DNA of 64,000 nucleotides, taken from Thermomicrobiales bacterium (GTDB taxonomy: Bacteria; Chloroflexota; Chloroflexia; Thermomicrobiales; UBA6265). Below are positions 18,739-28,274 of this stretch, piece after piece. Position 1 is the first letter of the stretch. The number at the start of each line of letters is the position of its first letter. The notes beneath the pieces are model-generated. The model did no database searches. It was given only the letters and a program-made list of their open reading frames with translations, and was not told the origin of the DNA. The DNA lies in contig JBJMMD010000037.1 in assembly GCA_045804965.1 (NCBI GenBank), positions 9,989-73,988 of the forward strand. Direction: 5' to 3'. A program made the translations under genes and the position numbers.

Positions 18739-18766
18739 ACGGGGTGACGCATTTCCGTCACCCCGT
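18739..18766. terminator. 11-bp perfect hairpin between convergent citE-like gene and rpmE
   Basis: ACGGGGTGACG (18739..18749), loop CATTTC, CGTCACCCCGT (18756..18766). Confidence 0.65.
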
Positions 18767-18790
18767 GAACTTCCTTGGGATATTGGTGAG

Positions 18791-19285
18791 TTACTCGGCG
18801 GGAGTCTCCGCCGTTACCTCACCGGCCGGTGCGACTTCGGGCTCTGCGGGAGCCTCCGATACTGCTGAGGCGTCTGGCGCGGCAGCGACTTCTTCGACTT
18901 GTTCGGTCTCGGACGATTGAGCTTCGGCTTCCGTTTCTGCTTCAGCACGAGACGCGGCGCGAGCTGCTCTCGCTTCTGCAGCAGCGGCGGCGGTCGCCTC
19001 TTCTTGACGCTGTTGCTCTTGCTCCAACGCGGTAGCTCTCGCCGAAATCCGCTGCTGGCGCTTGGACGTGCGGGCCTCGCTCGTTGTGGCGCGGTCGACG
19101 CGCTTCATGAAGCGCTCGACCTGTCCCGCTGTGTCGACGATCCGCTGCTCGCCGGTGTAGAAGGGATGGCAGACACTGCAGAGGTCGGTGCGCAAAACCG
19201 GCTTGGTGGAGCGGGTGGTAAAGGTGTTACCGCAGGCGCAGGTCACCTGCGCTTCGACGTAATTCGGGTGGATTCCTGGTTTCAT
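18791..19285 (-). CDS. rpmE: 50S ribosomal protein L31 (bL31, Cys-containing type A) with a long C-terminal low-complexity extension
   Basis: [22 protein letters not shown]...[27 protein letters not shown] is the complete L31 domain (about 70 aa). A further ~95 aa rich in Ala/Glu/Thr/Pro follow in the same frame. Confidence 0.92.
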   Translation of the reverse strand: MKPGIHPNYVEAQVTCACGNTFTTRSTKPVLRTDLCSVCHPFYTGEQRIVDTAGQVERFMKRVDRATTSEARTSKRQQRISARATALEQEQQRQEEATAAAAAEARAARAASRAEAETEAEAQSSETEQVEEVAAAPDASAVSEAPAEPEVAPAGEVTAETPAE

Positions 19286-19349
19286 GTTTCTCGCAACTCC
19301 AATGCCGGATACGTAGTAACTACCGGCTCGGATAATTTCGTTCGATTAA

Positions 19350-19667
19350 TTAGTCTGCCGCCGGGGCCATCTCCGCGACAGCGACCTTCGGCGTCCCGCC
19401 AATTGGCGCAATTTCGGGTGGATACACGCTGATGCGGCGTTTGTTCCGGGTTACCGGCTCGAACTTGACGACGCCGTCGATCAACGAATAAATCGTATGA
19501 TCTTTCCCGATGCCGACGTTGTTGCCGACCCAGAACTGCGTGCCCCGTTGGCGCACGACGATGGTGCCCGCGCGAACGAGCTGACCATCGGAACGCTTAA
19601 CGCCAAGGCGCTTTGATTCACTATCGCGGCCGTTCCGAGAACTGCCGACTCCCTTCTTATGGGCCAT
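19350..19667 (-). CDS. rpmA: 50S ribosomal protein L27 (bL27)
   Basis: Begins [31 protein letters not shown] Shine-Dalgarno. Downstream of rplU. Confidence 0.95.
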   Translation of the reverse strand: MAHKKGVGSSRNGRDSESKRLGVKRSDGQLVRAGTIVVRQRGTQFWVGNNVGIGKDHTIYSLIDGVVKFEPVTRNKRRISVYPPEIAPIGGTPKVAVAEMAPAAD

Positions 19668-19698
19668 CGTAAGGCTCCTCTAGCGTGTCACTTGGCCG

Positions 19699-20121
19699 TT
19701 AGACGTTGATCCCGGTGATCGTCAAGTGCGTCAACGATTGCCGGTGGCCGATCTTTCGACGATATCGCTTCTTCGGTTTGTACTTGAAGACGTGGATCTT
19801 CTCGCCGCGGAAGTGATCGTCGACCTTCGCGGTCACAGTTGCACCCTTCACAACCGGGGTTCCGACTTGCGTCTTGCCATCGCCGCCGAGCAGAAGCACG
19901 CGATCGATCGTGATCTCGTTGCTCTCCTCGGCCGCCAAGCGCTCGACCGAAATGCGGTCCCCGACGCTCACGCGGTATTGCTTGCCGCCAGTCTCAATGA
20001 TTGCGTAGCCATTAGCCGACGCTGCATCAGCTTTTGCTTCGGTCTTCTTCTTTGCCCGCGGCTTGGGTGTTTTTATTTCTGGCTCTTCTGGCGTCTCGTT
20101 TGGTGTTTCTGATTCAGTCAT
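19699..20121 (-). CDS. rplU: 50S ribosomal protein L21 (bL21) with an N-terminal charged extension
   Basis: The core YAIIETGGKQYRVSVGD... is typical of bL21. It is preceded by ~38 aa rich in Glu/Pro/Lys (MTESETPNETPEEPEIKTPKPRAKKK...). Confidence 0.93.
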   Translation of the reverse strand: MTESETPNETPEEPEIKTPKPRAKKKTEAKADAASANGYAIIETGGKQYRVSVGDRISVERLAAEESNEITIDRVLLLGGDGKTQVGTPVVKGATVTAKVDDHFRGEKIHVFKYKPKKRYRRKIGHRQSLTHLTITGINV

Positions 20122-20345
20122 CGTCCGTCTCGCAACGAATAAGCACGACGTGCGGAACTATGCGCGCACAAAATCAGGTGCGACACGCACCCGCGAAGGG
20201 GTAGTGTACCACAGGCAGGCGAGGCGATTAGGCAGCAGCGTTCCGGCGTTAATTAGTCCAATTGAGTCTGACATTGCCCCGAGATGACTGGACTTTCGAC
20301 CGAACGATTTGGCCCGGCAGTTATGCCAGGTTGTCGCTGATTTGG

Positions 20346-20375
20346 TTGACACCGTCGATACAGAGTTCCTAGAAT
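20346..20375 (+). promoter_or_regulatory. Near-consensus sigma70-type promoter facing the heme operon
   Basis: TTGACA (20346..20351), 18-nt spacer, TAGAAT (20370..20375). It would give a ~165-nt leader before the hemC-hemD ATG at 20549. Confidence 0.5.
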
Positions 20376-20548
20376 CAGGGCAGTATAAATATTTGCACAG
20401 ATTTGCCATTTTTGCCTAGATTTTCAGCAGATTTTAGCTCTTCTTGCCGGGGAATCGCCGTGATTGCGACGGACGTCAAAGCTCAGATTGCGATCAGCTT
20501 CGCGACGTGCACTCGCGGCTTTGAGCAATTCTCGCGCGGTACTTTGAC

Positions 20549-22273
20549 ATGAGTGCGATGCCGACTGTGCGGTTCGGCACACGGGGCAGTGCGCTCGCGC
20601 GGGCCCAGACCGCGTTCGTGATCGCACGCTTTTCCTCCAGTCATCCGGAGATAAGCTCGGAGACAGTCATCATCCAGACCGAAGGTGACCGCGACAAGAC
20701 CTCATCGCTGACCGTTATCGGCGGTCGGGGGGTCTTCACGAACGCCCTGCAGGATGCGCTGCGCCATGGCGACATCGACGCCGCGGTTCATTCGGCAAAA
20801 GACCTTCCTACCGAGGCGCAGCCTGATCTCATGATTGCCGCGTTCCTTGGGCGAACCGATGCCCGGGACGTGCTCGTCAGTAAACACAATCGATCGCTTG
20901 CCGCGCTCAATCCGAATCCTGTGATCGGCACATCCTCTCGGCGGCGTGCGGTTCAGGTCTTGAAGCTGAGGCCAGATGCAAGGATTGTCGACCTTCGCGG
21001 CAACATTGATACGCGGCTGCGTAAAGCGTTTGAAACAGAACTCGATGGCGTTGTTCTGGCCGCTGCCGGGATCGAACGGATGGGCTGGTCAGATCAAATT
21101 ACCGAATACCTCCCGATTGAAATCGCCGTGCCGTCGCCCGGTCAAGGTGCTCTCGCCATCGAGATTCGAGCCGGTGAGAGCGGTCCCGTATCTCTATTAG
21201 CCGAACTTGATGACCTTGATCTATCGATCGCGGTCAAGACGGAGCGCGCCTTTTTGCGCGGAACGGGCGGCGGATGCACGAGTCCAGTCGGAGCGTTTGC
21301 ATCAGTCGAAGGCGACCATGTGCGATTGCGGGCGATGCTCAGCTTGGCCGACGGCACACGCGTCGACTGGATCGACGAACGCGCTCCGGTGGTGGACGCG
21401 GAAATGTTTGCACGGTCGCGGGCAATGGAATTGCTCGCGACGCTTGAATCACCTTCATCCTTGAAGGGGAAGCGAATTCTCGTCACCCGCGGAACCAAAG
21501 AGGACGGTCTCTCAACTGGTCTACGCGCGCGAGGTGCAGAAACGATTGTCGCGCCGGTCAACCAAATCGAACGCGTTGACAGCCGAGCGATTGATTTAGC
21601 CTTGAAGCCCTGGGACGGAGCACATTTCGATTGGATCGTGTTCACGAGCCAAAATGCTGTCGACGGGCTCGCCGATTCTCAGACTGGCTTACGACTCATC
21701 GAGGGGGCCTCGGTGGCGGCCGTGGGAAGCGCGACCACTCGCAAGCTCCGGGAACGTGGGATCGATGTTGACGTCCAGCCCGATGTTTTTTCCAGCGAGG
21801 CGCTCGTTGCAGAACTGGCCAAACATGATCTCAGCGGCAGGCACGTTCTATTCCCGCACGGCAATCTCGCCCGCGCAATGGTTCCTGAGAGGTTACGCGC
21901 ATTGGGCGCGGAGGTCGAGGCCATCGAGGTTTACCGGACGTTGTCTGCGGAGACTATCGATCCAAATGTGGTGAATGACCTCTCGGATGGAACTGTCGAT
22001 GCCGTGGTGTTTTGCTCGCCGTCGAGCGTCCATGGACTCTTGGATCTCCTCGGGGAGCAATCCGGCCACGTAAAGCAAACCGTTGTCGCGTGCATTGGGC
22101 CGACAACCGGGGACGCCGCGCGAAAAGCTCGTTTGCCTGTTCTGATCCAACCAAATGAATCCACGATCGAATCGTTGATCGTTTCGCTCGAAATGCACTT
22201 CGCGGCTGAGGCTGCGGAAACTCAAGAACGCGTCGCGGCGTCGCCTTCGAGAGAAGGGAGATTGAGCGGATGA
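20549..22273 (+). CDS. hemC: Bifunctional hydroxymethylbilane synthase / uroporphyrinogen-III synthase (HemC-HemD fusion)
   Basis: The N-terminal ~300 aa are HemC ([15 protein letters not shown]..., a cofactor-binding Cys region GGCTSPVGA). The C-terminal ~260 aa are HemD (KRILVTRG..., [22 protein letters not shown]). It is a single uninterrupted frame of 574 aa. Confidence 0.9.
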   Translation: MSAMPTVRFGTRGSALARAQTAFVIARFSSSHPEISSETVIIQTEGDRDKTSSLTVIGGRGVFTNALQDALRHGDIDAAVHSAKDLPTEAQPDLMIAAFLGRTDARDVLVSKHNRSLAALNPNPVIGTSSRRRAVQVLKLRPDARIVDLRGNIDTRLRKAFETELDGVVLAAAGIERMGWSDQITEYLPIEIAVPSPGQGALAIEIRAGESGPVSLLAELDDLDLSIAVKTERAFLRGTGGGCTSPVGAFASVEGDHVRLRAMLSLADGTRVDWIDERAPVVDAEMFARSRAMELLATLESPSSLKGKRILVTRGTKEDGLSTGLRARGAETIVAPVNQIERVDSRAIDLALKPWDGAHFDWIVFTSQNAVDGLADSQTGLRLIEGASVAAVGSATTRKLRERGIDVDVQPDVFSSEALVAELAKHDLSGRHVLFPHGNLARAMVPERLRALGAEVEAIEVYRTLSAETIDPNVVNDLSDGTVDAVVFCSPSSVHGLLDLLGEQSGHVKQTVVACIGPTTGDAARKARLPVLIQPNESTIESLIVSLEMHFAAEAAETQERVAASPSREGRLSG

Positions 22274-23292
22274 GCCAGAAAGATGGGCGCCGGGATTTCC
22301 GCCGGACGCGCCGGTTGCGACGCACGGCTGCGATCCGGCGCCTCGTCTCGGAAACGACGATTTCCGCCGAGGACTTCATTTATCCGCTTTTTATCACCCA
22401 TGGGTCAGACGTCAGGCACGAGATCAACTCGATGCCGGGGCAATATCAACTCTCGGTCGATCAACTTCCCGCCGAGGTCGACGAGATTCAAGAACTCGAC
22501 ATTCCCGCGGTTATCCTTTTCGGTATTCCCGAGGAGAAGGACGCGGAGGCGACGGGCGCGTACGATCCGAACGGCGTCGTTCAAGAAGCAGTGCGGGCGA
22601 TTAAATGGCACGCGCCGGATGTGCTCGTCATCACGGATGTCTGCGCCTGCGAATACACGACGCATGGGCATTGCGGCATCTTGAAGGGAGACGAAGTCGA
22701 TAACGACAAAACGCTGGAAGTGCTGGCGAAGGCGTCTGTGAGTCACGCTGAGGCTGGAGCCGATATGGTTGCGCCGTCCGACATGATGGATGGGCGCGTT
22801 GCCGCGATTAGGGCCGCCCTGGATCGTGCCGGTCATGTCAACATGCCGATCATGTCGTATGCGGCAAAATACGCCTCTGGGTATTACGGCCCGTTTCGCG
22901 AGGCGGCGGAAAGCATGCCTGCATTTGGCGACAGGCGTTCGCACCAAATGGATCCCGGCAACGCTCGAGAAGCGCTGACCGAGATCGCAATCGACCTCGA
23001 CGAGGGCGCGGATGTCATTATCGTCAAGCCCGCCCTGGCATACTTGGACGTCTTGCACCGGGCCAGGACGACGTTCAACGCGCCGCTCGTTGCCTACAAC
23101 GTCTCTGGCGAATACGCCATGATCAAGGCGGCCGCTCAACTCGGTTGGATCGACGAGCGACGAGTGACCTTGGAGACATTGCTCGCAATAAAGCGCGCGG
23201 GCGCAGGCAGGATCATTTCGTACCATGCGAAGGAAGTTGCACGCTGGTTGGCCGAGGAGCGTTCAGCATCGCGTCGCCAAATTAGCGTCTAA
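22270..23292 (+). CDS. hemB: Porphobilinogen synthase (delta-aminolevulinate dehydratase), Cys-rich zinc type
   Basis: 340 aa with the metal site [14 protein letters not shown] and the active-site Lys regions. The start overlaps the hemCD stop as ATGA. Confidence 0.95.
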   Translation: MSQKDGRRDFRRTRRLRRTAAIRRLVSETTISAEDFIYPLFITHGSDVRHEINSMPGQYQLSVDQLPAEVDEIQELDIPAVILFGIPEEKDAEATGAYDPNGVVQEAVRAIKWHAPDVLVITDVCACEYTTHGHCGILKGDEVDNDKTLEVLAKASVSHAEAGADMVAPSDMMDGRVAAIRAALDRAGHVNMPIMSYAAKYASGYYGPFREAAESMPAFGDRRSHQMDPGNAREALTEIAIDLDEGADVIIVKPALAYLDVLHRARTTFNAPLVAYNVSGEYAMIKAAAQLGWIDERRVTLETLLAIKRAGAGRIISYHAKEVARWLAEERSASRRQISV

Positions 23293-23322
23293 CCAGTAGT
23301 GAACGGCCAAGGAGAGCGTGTG

Positions 23323-24054
23323 ATGGGATTGGAAAGCCAACCAGGCCGACGGCAATATGTGAAGTTCGCCTTCTTCAAAGTCGCGCCTGAATGGCGACGA
23401 CTTGACGTCACGACTCGCGATCGGCAGCTCGCTGAGTTTCGCGATGTCGTCGAAGAGTGGACGGAGCGAAACCTGATCCGCTGTTATTCCACGGTGGGAA
23501 CTCGGGGCGACGCCGACTTCATGATCTGGCAAGTCAGCTATGACCTGCACGATCAACAAGAGATGGCGGGCGAGTTGTTGGGGACTGATTTCGGCGGTTG
23601 GCTGACGACACCGTTTTCGTATCTCTCGATGACAAAAAATTCTCAGTATGTTGAGAAGTACTCCGGGCCGGATCGAGACAAGTTCACACGGCTGAACCTC
23701 GCGCCGGGCGAGCACAAGTACCTCTTCGTCTATCCCCTGACCAAACTACGCGGCTGGTACACATTGTCGAAGGAAGAGCGCCAGGAGGCAATGAATCAGC
23801 ATATCGCCATCGGTCACACCTATTCCTCGGTGAAGCTGAACACAACATATTCGTTCGGTTTGGACGATCAAGAATTCGTGCTCGCGTTCGAAACGGACGA
23901 GCCAGGCGATTTCCTCGATCTCGTGCAAGAACTGCGCGGCTCTATGTCGAGCGCCTACACCGAACGTGACATCCCAATCTTTACCTGTATCGCGGTAACG
24001 GCCGAGAAGATGCTTCGGGCGCTTTCCCGAACGCGGGTAGGCACGGCAGTCTAG
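23323..24054 (+). CDS. hemQ: Chlorite-dismutase-family coproheme decarboxylase (HemQ/ChdC)
   Basis: Dimeric ferredoxin-like Cld-family pattern (YVKFAFFKV..., MIWQVS, YLFVYPLTK, WYTLSKEER). It is embedded between hemB and hemE. Start set at the ATG at 23323, 6 nt after AAGGAGAG. Confidence 0.85.
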   Translation: MGLESQPGRRQYVKFAFFKVAPEWRRLDVTTRDRQLAEFRDVVEEWTERNLIRCYSTVGTRGDADFMIWQVSYDLHDQQEMAGELLGTDFGGWLTTPFSYLSMTKNSQYVEKYSGPDRDKFTRLNLAPGEHKYLFVYPLTKLRGWYTLSKEERQEAMNQHIAIGHTYSSVKLNTTYSFGLDDQEFVLAFETDEPGDFLDLVQELRGSMSSAYTERDIPIFTCIAVTAEKMLRALSRTRVGTAV

Positions 24055-24110
24055 TGGAAAGTGCCGCGGGAATAGGTGAACGCTCTCGGGCGGTGAATAC
24101 GCGGGGAGCG

Positions 24111-25148
24111 ATGTCGGGTCGCGCTCGGTTTCTCGCGGCGGCCAATCGTCAGCCCGTTGATGCAACGCCGGTCTGGTTCATGCGACAGGCCGGTCGTTCT
24201 TTGCCGGAGTATCGAAGGTTACGAGAGCGGCATGCGTTTCTCGACGTGGCGAAGACGCCGGAATTGTGCGTCCAGGCGACGAAGATGCCGGTCCACCGTT
24301 TGGGTGTCGATGCAGCCGTCCTCTTCGCCGACATCATGCTCCCGCTCGACGGAATGGGCGTCGAGTTTGCGATCGAGCCGAACGTCGGTCCTGTGATTGC
24401 CAACCCAATCAGGACGGCGATGGACATCGAAGCGTTGCAGGTTATCGACGCCGACGAGGCGACGCCGTATCTGTTTGAGGCCCTACGGATGTTGCGAAGC
24501 GAGCTTGGCGAGTCGGCCGCGTTGCTCGGCTTTGCCGGGGCGCCGTTCACATTGGCCTGCTATCTGGTCGACGGCAAGGCAACGCGTGAATATCCAAAAA
24601 CGAAGGCACTGATGTTTGGCGAACCGGAGCTTTGGCACAGGCTCATGGAAACGTTGACCGGCGTCACCGTTCGCTATTTGAAGGCGCAGATTGCCGCCGG
24701 GGCCGAGGCAGTTCAACTCTTCGACTCTTGGTTGGGTTTGCTTGGGCCACTCGAATATGAAGCCATGGTCCTGCCGTATACAACCAATATTTTTCAATCA
24801 CTGCACGGTCTCGCGCCGGCGATTCATTTCAGCACCGGCACAACATCGCTCTTGCCGCTCATCGCGTCCTCAGCCGCGGACATTGTCAGTGTCGACTGGC
24901 GATTGCCGCTTGATGACGCCTGGCGCTCGATTGGTCACACCCGAGGAATCCAAGGCAATTTGGATCCCACGATCCTGCTGGCGGGAGAACGAGCAGTCGA
25001 ATCTGGCGCAAGGGACGTGCTGAAGCGGGCTGGTGGCCGGCCCGGCCACATCTTCAATTTGGGTCACGGGATTTTCCCCCAGACCGCTCCTGAATCGCTG
25101 GAACGGCTCGTCGATTGGGTTCACCAGTACTCGCCGACCTCTATTTAA
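24111..25148 (+). CDS. hemE: Uroporphyrinogen decarboxylase
   Basis: PVWFMRQAGRSLPEYR is the canonical URO-D N-terminal motif. Start set at the ATG at 24111 behind GGGGAG; the ORF track start at 24054 overlaps the hemQ stop. Confidence 0.93.
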   Translation: MSGRARFLAAANRQPVDATPVWFMRQAGRSLPEYRRLRERHAFLDVAKTPELCVQATKMPVHRLGVDAAVLFADIMLPLDGMGVEFAIEPNVGPVIANPIRTAMDIEALQVIDADEATPYLFEALRMLRSELGESAALLGFAGAPFTLACYLVDGKATREYPKTKALMFGEPELWHRLMETLTGVTVRYLKAQIAAGAEAVQLFDSWLGLLGPLEYEAMVLPYTTNIFQSLHGLAPAIHFSTGTTSLLPLIASSAADIVSVDWRLPLDDAWRSIGHTRGIQGNLDPTILLAGERAVESGARDVLKRAGGRPGHIFNLGHGIFPQTAPESLERLVDWVHQYSPTSI

Positions 25149-25226
25149 ACCCGATGAGCGACTGCGCTTTTTGCTCACGGCGCGAAAAGAAGTGCACACA
25201 TTAAATCTCGCTATACTTGAATTTAG

Positions 25227-26051
25227 TTGCACTGCTTGATCGATCGCACAAAGGTAGAGCCGTCGTTGAGCACCAGCCCGGACCCGACAGCACAATTGAA
25301 TCCTGCTCCGAGGGCAACGGTTCTCGTCGTCGACGATGAAGCGCCGTTGCGCGAGACAGTTGCCTATAATCTCAAGCGCGAGGGCTTCGGCGTCGAGTTG
25401 GCATCTGATGGCCAGCAAGCACTCGACCTCGCGCGTTCCGGGCGGCCCGATCTCGTCATTCTCGACATCATGCTTCCACATACGGATGGGTTACAGGTTT
25501 GCCGCACGCTGCGAGCAGAATCAACGGTGCCGATTCTTCTCCTGTCGGCTCGTTCGGAAGAGTTCGATCGGGTTCTCGGTCTCGAGCTTGGAGCGGATGA
25601 TTACCTGACGAAGCCGTTCGCGATGCGCGAATTGCTCGCCCGAGTCCGCGCGATGTTGCGACGCGTGCAGATGCAAGCCGGAGACGGCACTACCTCAGGG
25701 AACGGCGCCGGAACGCAGCCTCTCGATGGGCGCGACAACAGCGCGACGCTGAGCGCCGGCGACGTCGTTGTTGATCTCGCGCGGCGGGAAGCGACAATTG
25801 CAGACGAGCAGCTTTCGTTAAAACCAAAGGAATTTGATCTTCTCACGTATTTTCTGCGGCATCCTGGGATCGTGCTCTCCCGAGACGCGCTGCTTCGAGA
25901 AGTGTGGGGCTACGATTTTCCGATCGACACGCGAACGGTCGACGTACATGTTCGCGGCCTCAGAGAGAAGCTCGAGCAGGACCCGAGTCACCCGCAGCGC
26001 ATCGAGACCGTACGCGGCTACGGCTACCGATTCGCCGCGCCGCGGGACTGA
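25227..26051 (+). CDS. OmpR/PhoB-family response regulator
   Basis: The receiver domain shows VLVVDDE ... DLVILDIMLP ... KPF. The winged-helix output shows LSLKPKEFDLLTYFLRHPG ... IETVRGYGYRF. The true start is probably an internal TTG (for example 25266); no ATG is available. Confidence 0.9.
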   Translation: MHCLIDRTKVEPSLSTSPDPTAQLNPAPRATVLVVDDEAPLRETVAYNLKREGFGVELASDGQQALDLARSGRPDLVILDIMLPHTDGLQVCRTLRAESTVPILLLSARSEEFDRVLGLELGADDYLTKPFAMRELLARVRAMLRRVQMQAGDGTTSGNGAGTQPLDGRDNSATLSAGDVVVDLARREATIADEQLSLKPKEFDLLTYFLRHPGIVLSRDALLREVWGYDFPIDTRTVDVHVRGLREKLEQDPSHPQRIETVRGYGYRFAAPRD

Positions 26052-26071
26052 CGAGAACGAGCAGAGGAACC

Positions 26072-27928
26072 ATGGCGTCTGTACCTGGATTCAGTCGAGC
26101 CTCGGCCGGCCGTCTCATTCCGAAGACGGTTCGCTGGCGGCTCACGTTGACCTACGTCACCCTCATCCTTGTCGTCATGGGCGCGCTCGGCGGCTATCTC
26201 GCATACGCCATCCGCGATTTCTACGTCGAGCGCTTGGGCGATCAAATGGCCGAAGAGGCCGTGATGATCTCGAAGGCAATCGCCCCTCAAATCGCAACAG
26301 GCGATGTCAACCAGATCGACTCCGAAGTGAAAGCGATTGATGAAGGACTCGACGTCCGGATCACCGTAATCGCGCCTGACGGCACGGTGCTCGGCGACTC
26401 CGACGCCGACCCAAGGTCGATGGAAAACCACAGCAACAGACCGGAAGTCCAAGAAGCGCTGTCATCGGGGTATGGAGAATCCGAGCGCCACAGCGTAACT
26501 TTGGACACCGACTTCATGTACATCGCGATGCCAATCGCCAATTCGGGCGGCGCCGTCATGCGCGTCGCAAAACCGCTAGACGATGTGAATCAAGCAATCG
26601 CCAAACTCCGGCGAGCCGTATTGATCGCAGCGATCGTGGCCGCGCTACTAACCGCAGGCGTCGCGACCCTCATCTCAGAACGGATCATCGGACCGCTAAA
26701 TGACCTGCGTAACCAGGTTTCGCGGGTGACCGCGGGTGAGCTCGACGTTGCCGTTGTCCCTGCCGAACCGCGGGAATTGGGCGATTTGGCACGTGCCTTC
26801 AATATGATGACTGCGAAAGTATCCGAACTCGTCACGGAAAGCGAGCGGTCGCGCGTGCGCTTGGAGGCAATCTTCGCCAACTTGAGCGATGGGGTGGTGA
26901 TTGTCGACGATCGTGCGGATGTCGTTGGGATCAATGCCTCAGCGAGCAGGATTCTGAACGCTGGGGAGGAGTGGGCGATCGGTCAACCCTTTGTCGTCGT
27001 TGCGCGGGATCACGAACTGGTGAGCTTGCTGAAGTCGGCAATCGTCGAAAATGAGTTCAAGAGCGCGACGATTGAGTTCGGCCGTGATTTTCAAGTGGTA
27101 GAGGCAGCCGCACAGCCGTTGCATGCTATTGGCGAGCAGCTTGGTATCGTCGTCGTGCGCGACGTTACTGAGCTGAAACGGCTGGAGTCGGTCCGTCGCG
27201 AGTTCGTTGCCAACGTTTCCCACGAGTTGCGTACGCCCCTCGCCTCGATCAAAGCGCTCGTCGAGACGCTGGAGGCTGGAGCACTTGACGACCCCAACGT
27301 GTCGATGAAGTTCCTCGGCCGGATCAATGGGGAAGTTGACCGGTTGGCCGCACTCGTCGATGAGCTGCTCGATCTGGGCAGACTGGAATCCGGCCGCGTC
27401 CCGCTCCAACTTGAGCTCATCGGCCCAGCCGATCTCATTACGCACGGCGCCGAGCGATTGCGACCGCAGACTGAGCGCGCCCATCTCGGCCTGAACATCG
27501 ACGTCCCGCCTGACCTCCCAGCAGTTCTTGTCGATCGGGGACGGATCGAGCAGGTGCTCCTCAATCTTGTGCACAATGCTATTAAGTTCACACCGGCGGG
27601 AGGCACGATCACAGTGAAGGCAACGGACCTCGACTCCCGTCTTGAGGTGGCTGTTATCGACTCTGGCGTTGGAATGTCGGAGGCTGAATTGCAACGCGTG
27701 TTCGAGCGATTCTACAAAGCGGACCGCTCGCGGCGATCGGACGGCAGCGGTCTTGGGTTGGCGATTGCAAAACACATCGTGCTGGGACACCAGGGCACAA
27801 TCGGAGCTGAGAGCACACCGAGCCAAGGTTCGACGTTCTGGTTTACCTTGCCTTTTGCCCAATCGTCGGGCATTGCGGTGACGCGCCGTCCGGGAGTGCC
27901 TGCCCGCGGTGAGTTAACCGTCGCCTAA
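26072..27928 (+). CDS. Sensor histidine kinase, PhoR/WalK-like (TM-sensor loop-TM-HAMP-PAS-HisKA-HATPase)
   Basis: Two TM segments flank a ~150-aa loop. These are followed by a HAMP domain, a PAS domain, the H-box SHELRTPL, and N/G1/G2 boxes (HNAIKFT, DSGVGM, GSGLGLAI). Start at the ATG at 26072 after AGAGGAA. The upstream part of ORF 25904.. overlaps the regulator and is rejected. Confidence 0.9.
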   Translation: MASVPGFSRASAGRLIPKTVRWRLTLTYVTLILVVMGALGGYLAYAIRDFYVERLGDQMAEEAVMISKAIAPQIATGDVNQIDSEVKAIDEGLDVRITVIAPDGTVLGDSDADPRSMENHSNRPEVQEALSSGYGESERHSVTLDTDFMYIAMPIANSGGAVMRVAKPLDDVNQAIAKLRRAVLIAAIVAALLTAGVATLISERIIGPLNDLRNQVSRVTAGELDVAVVPAEPRELGDLARAFNMMTAKVSELVTESERSRVRLEAIFANLSDGVVIVDDRADVVGINASASRILNAGEEWAIGQPFVVVARDHELVSLLKSAIVENEFKSATIEFGRDFQVVEAAAQPLHAIGEQLGIVVVRDVTELKRLESVRREFVANVSHELRTPLASIKALVETLEAGALDDPNVSMKFLGRINGEVDRLAALVDELLDLGRLESGRVPLQLELIGPADLITHGAERLRPQTERAHLGLNIDVPPDLPAVLVDRGRIEQVLLNLVHNAIKFTPAGGTITVKATDLDSRLEVAVIDSGVGMSEAELQRVFERFYKADRSRRSDGSGLGLAIAKHIVLGHQGTIGAESTPSQGSTFWFTLPFAQSSGIAVTRRPGVPARGELTVA

Positions 27929-28196
27929 TACCACGACAGTAAGTCGTTAGAGCGATTCGATTGTCGAATCTTGTGATCGCTCAAGGCGGATGGATTCATC
28001 CTCTCGACCAGCGTAGTACCAATGACTGTCTCGACTGAGTAGAAGTTCAACTCCCACTTCAGTGTGTATCTTCGGCGACCACAACGTTTCGTCTTCGCCA
28101 ATGAGCCGAGTCGCCGCGTCGTCATGCCGCCCGATGTCGGGGCCCCTAACTGTGCTGATGACGGCGGTCGGCAGGCGGAGATTCTTCGCTTTCGCT

Positions 28197-28274
28197 CAGA
28201 ATGACGGAAGGGTGTGCGCAGAATGACGAGAGACGTAGCACGCAGAATGTAAGTTAGTCGGGAGCGGAATGACG
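28197..28274. repeat. Four phased direct copies of a ~12-nt motif (consensus about CGCAGAATGACG)
   Basis: CAGAATGACG at 28197, CAGAATGACG at 28219, CAGAATGTAA at 28243 and CGGAATGACG at 28265, with spacings of 22, 24 and 22 bp. An inverted partial copy GACATTC lies at 28294..28300. Confidence 0.6.

Noticed and set aside
20158-20627. Minus-strand ORFs of 83 and 67 aa in the rplU/hemC intergenic region
   Set aside because: They span a consensus promoter and an AT-rich leader, have no Shine-Dalgarno, and have odd composition (Cys/Arg/Ser-rich). One overlaps the hemC start. They are treated as non-coding.
26939-27862. 307-aa minus-strand ORF antisense to the PhoR-like kinase. Similar cases are 48261..49145, 49763..50575, 22405..23226 and 39921..40397.
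   Set aside because: The reasoning is the same: each is nested in a well-supported gene on the opposite strand and shows shadow-ORF composition.
28197-28274. Miniature CRISPR array
   Set aside because: The repeats are only ~10-12 nt with ~10-12 nt between them and are imperfect. This is far below CRISPR repeat/spacer sizes, and no cas genes are present.
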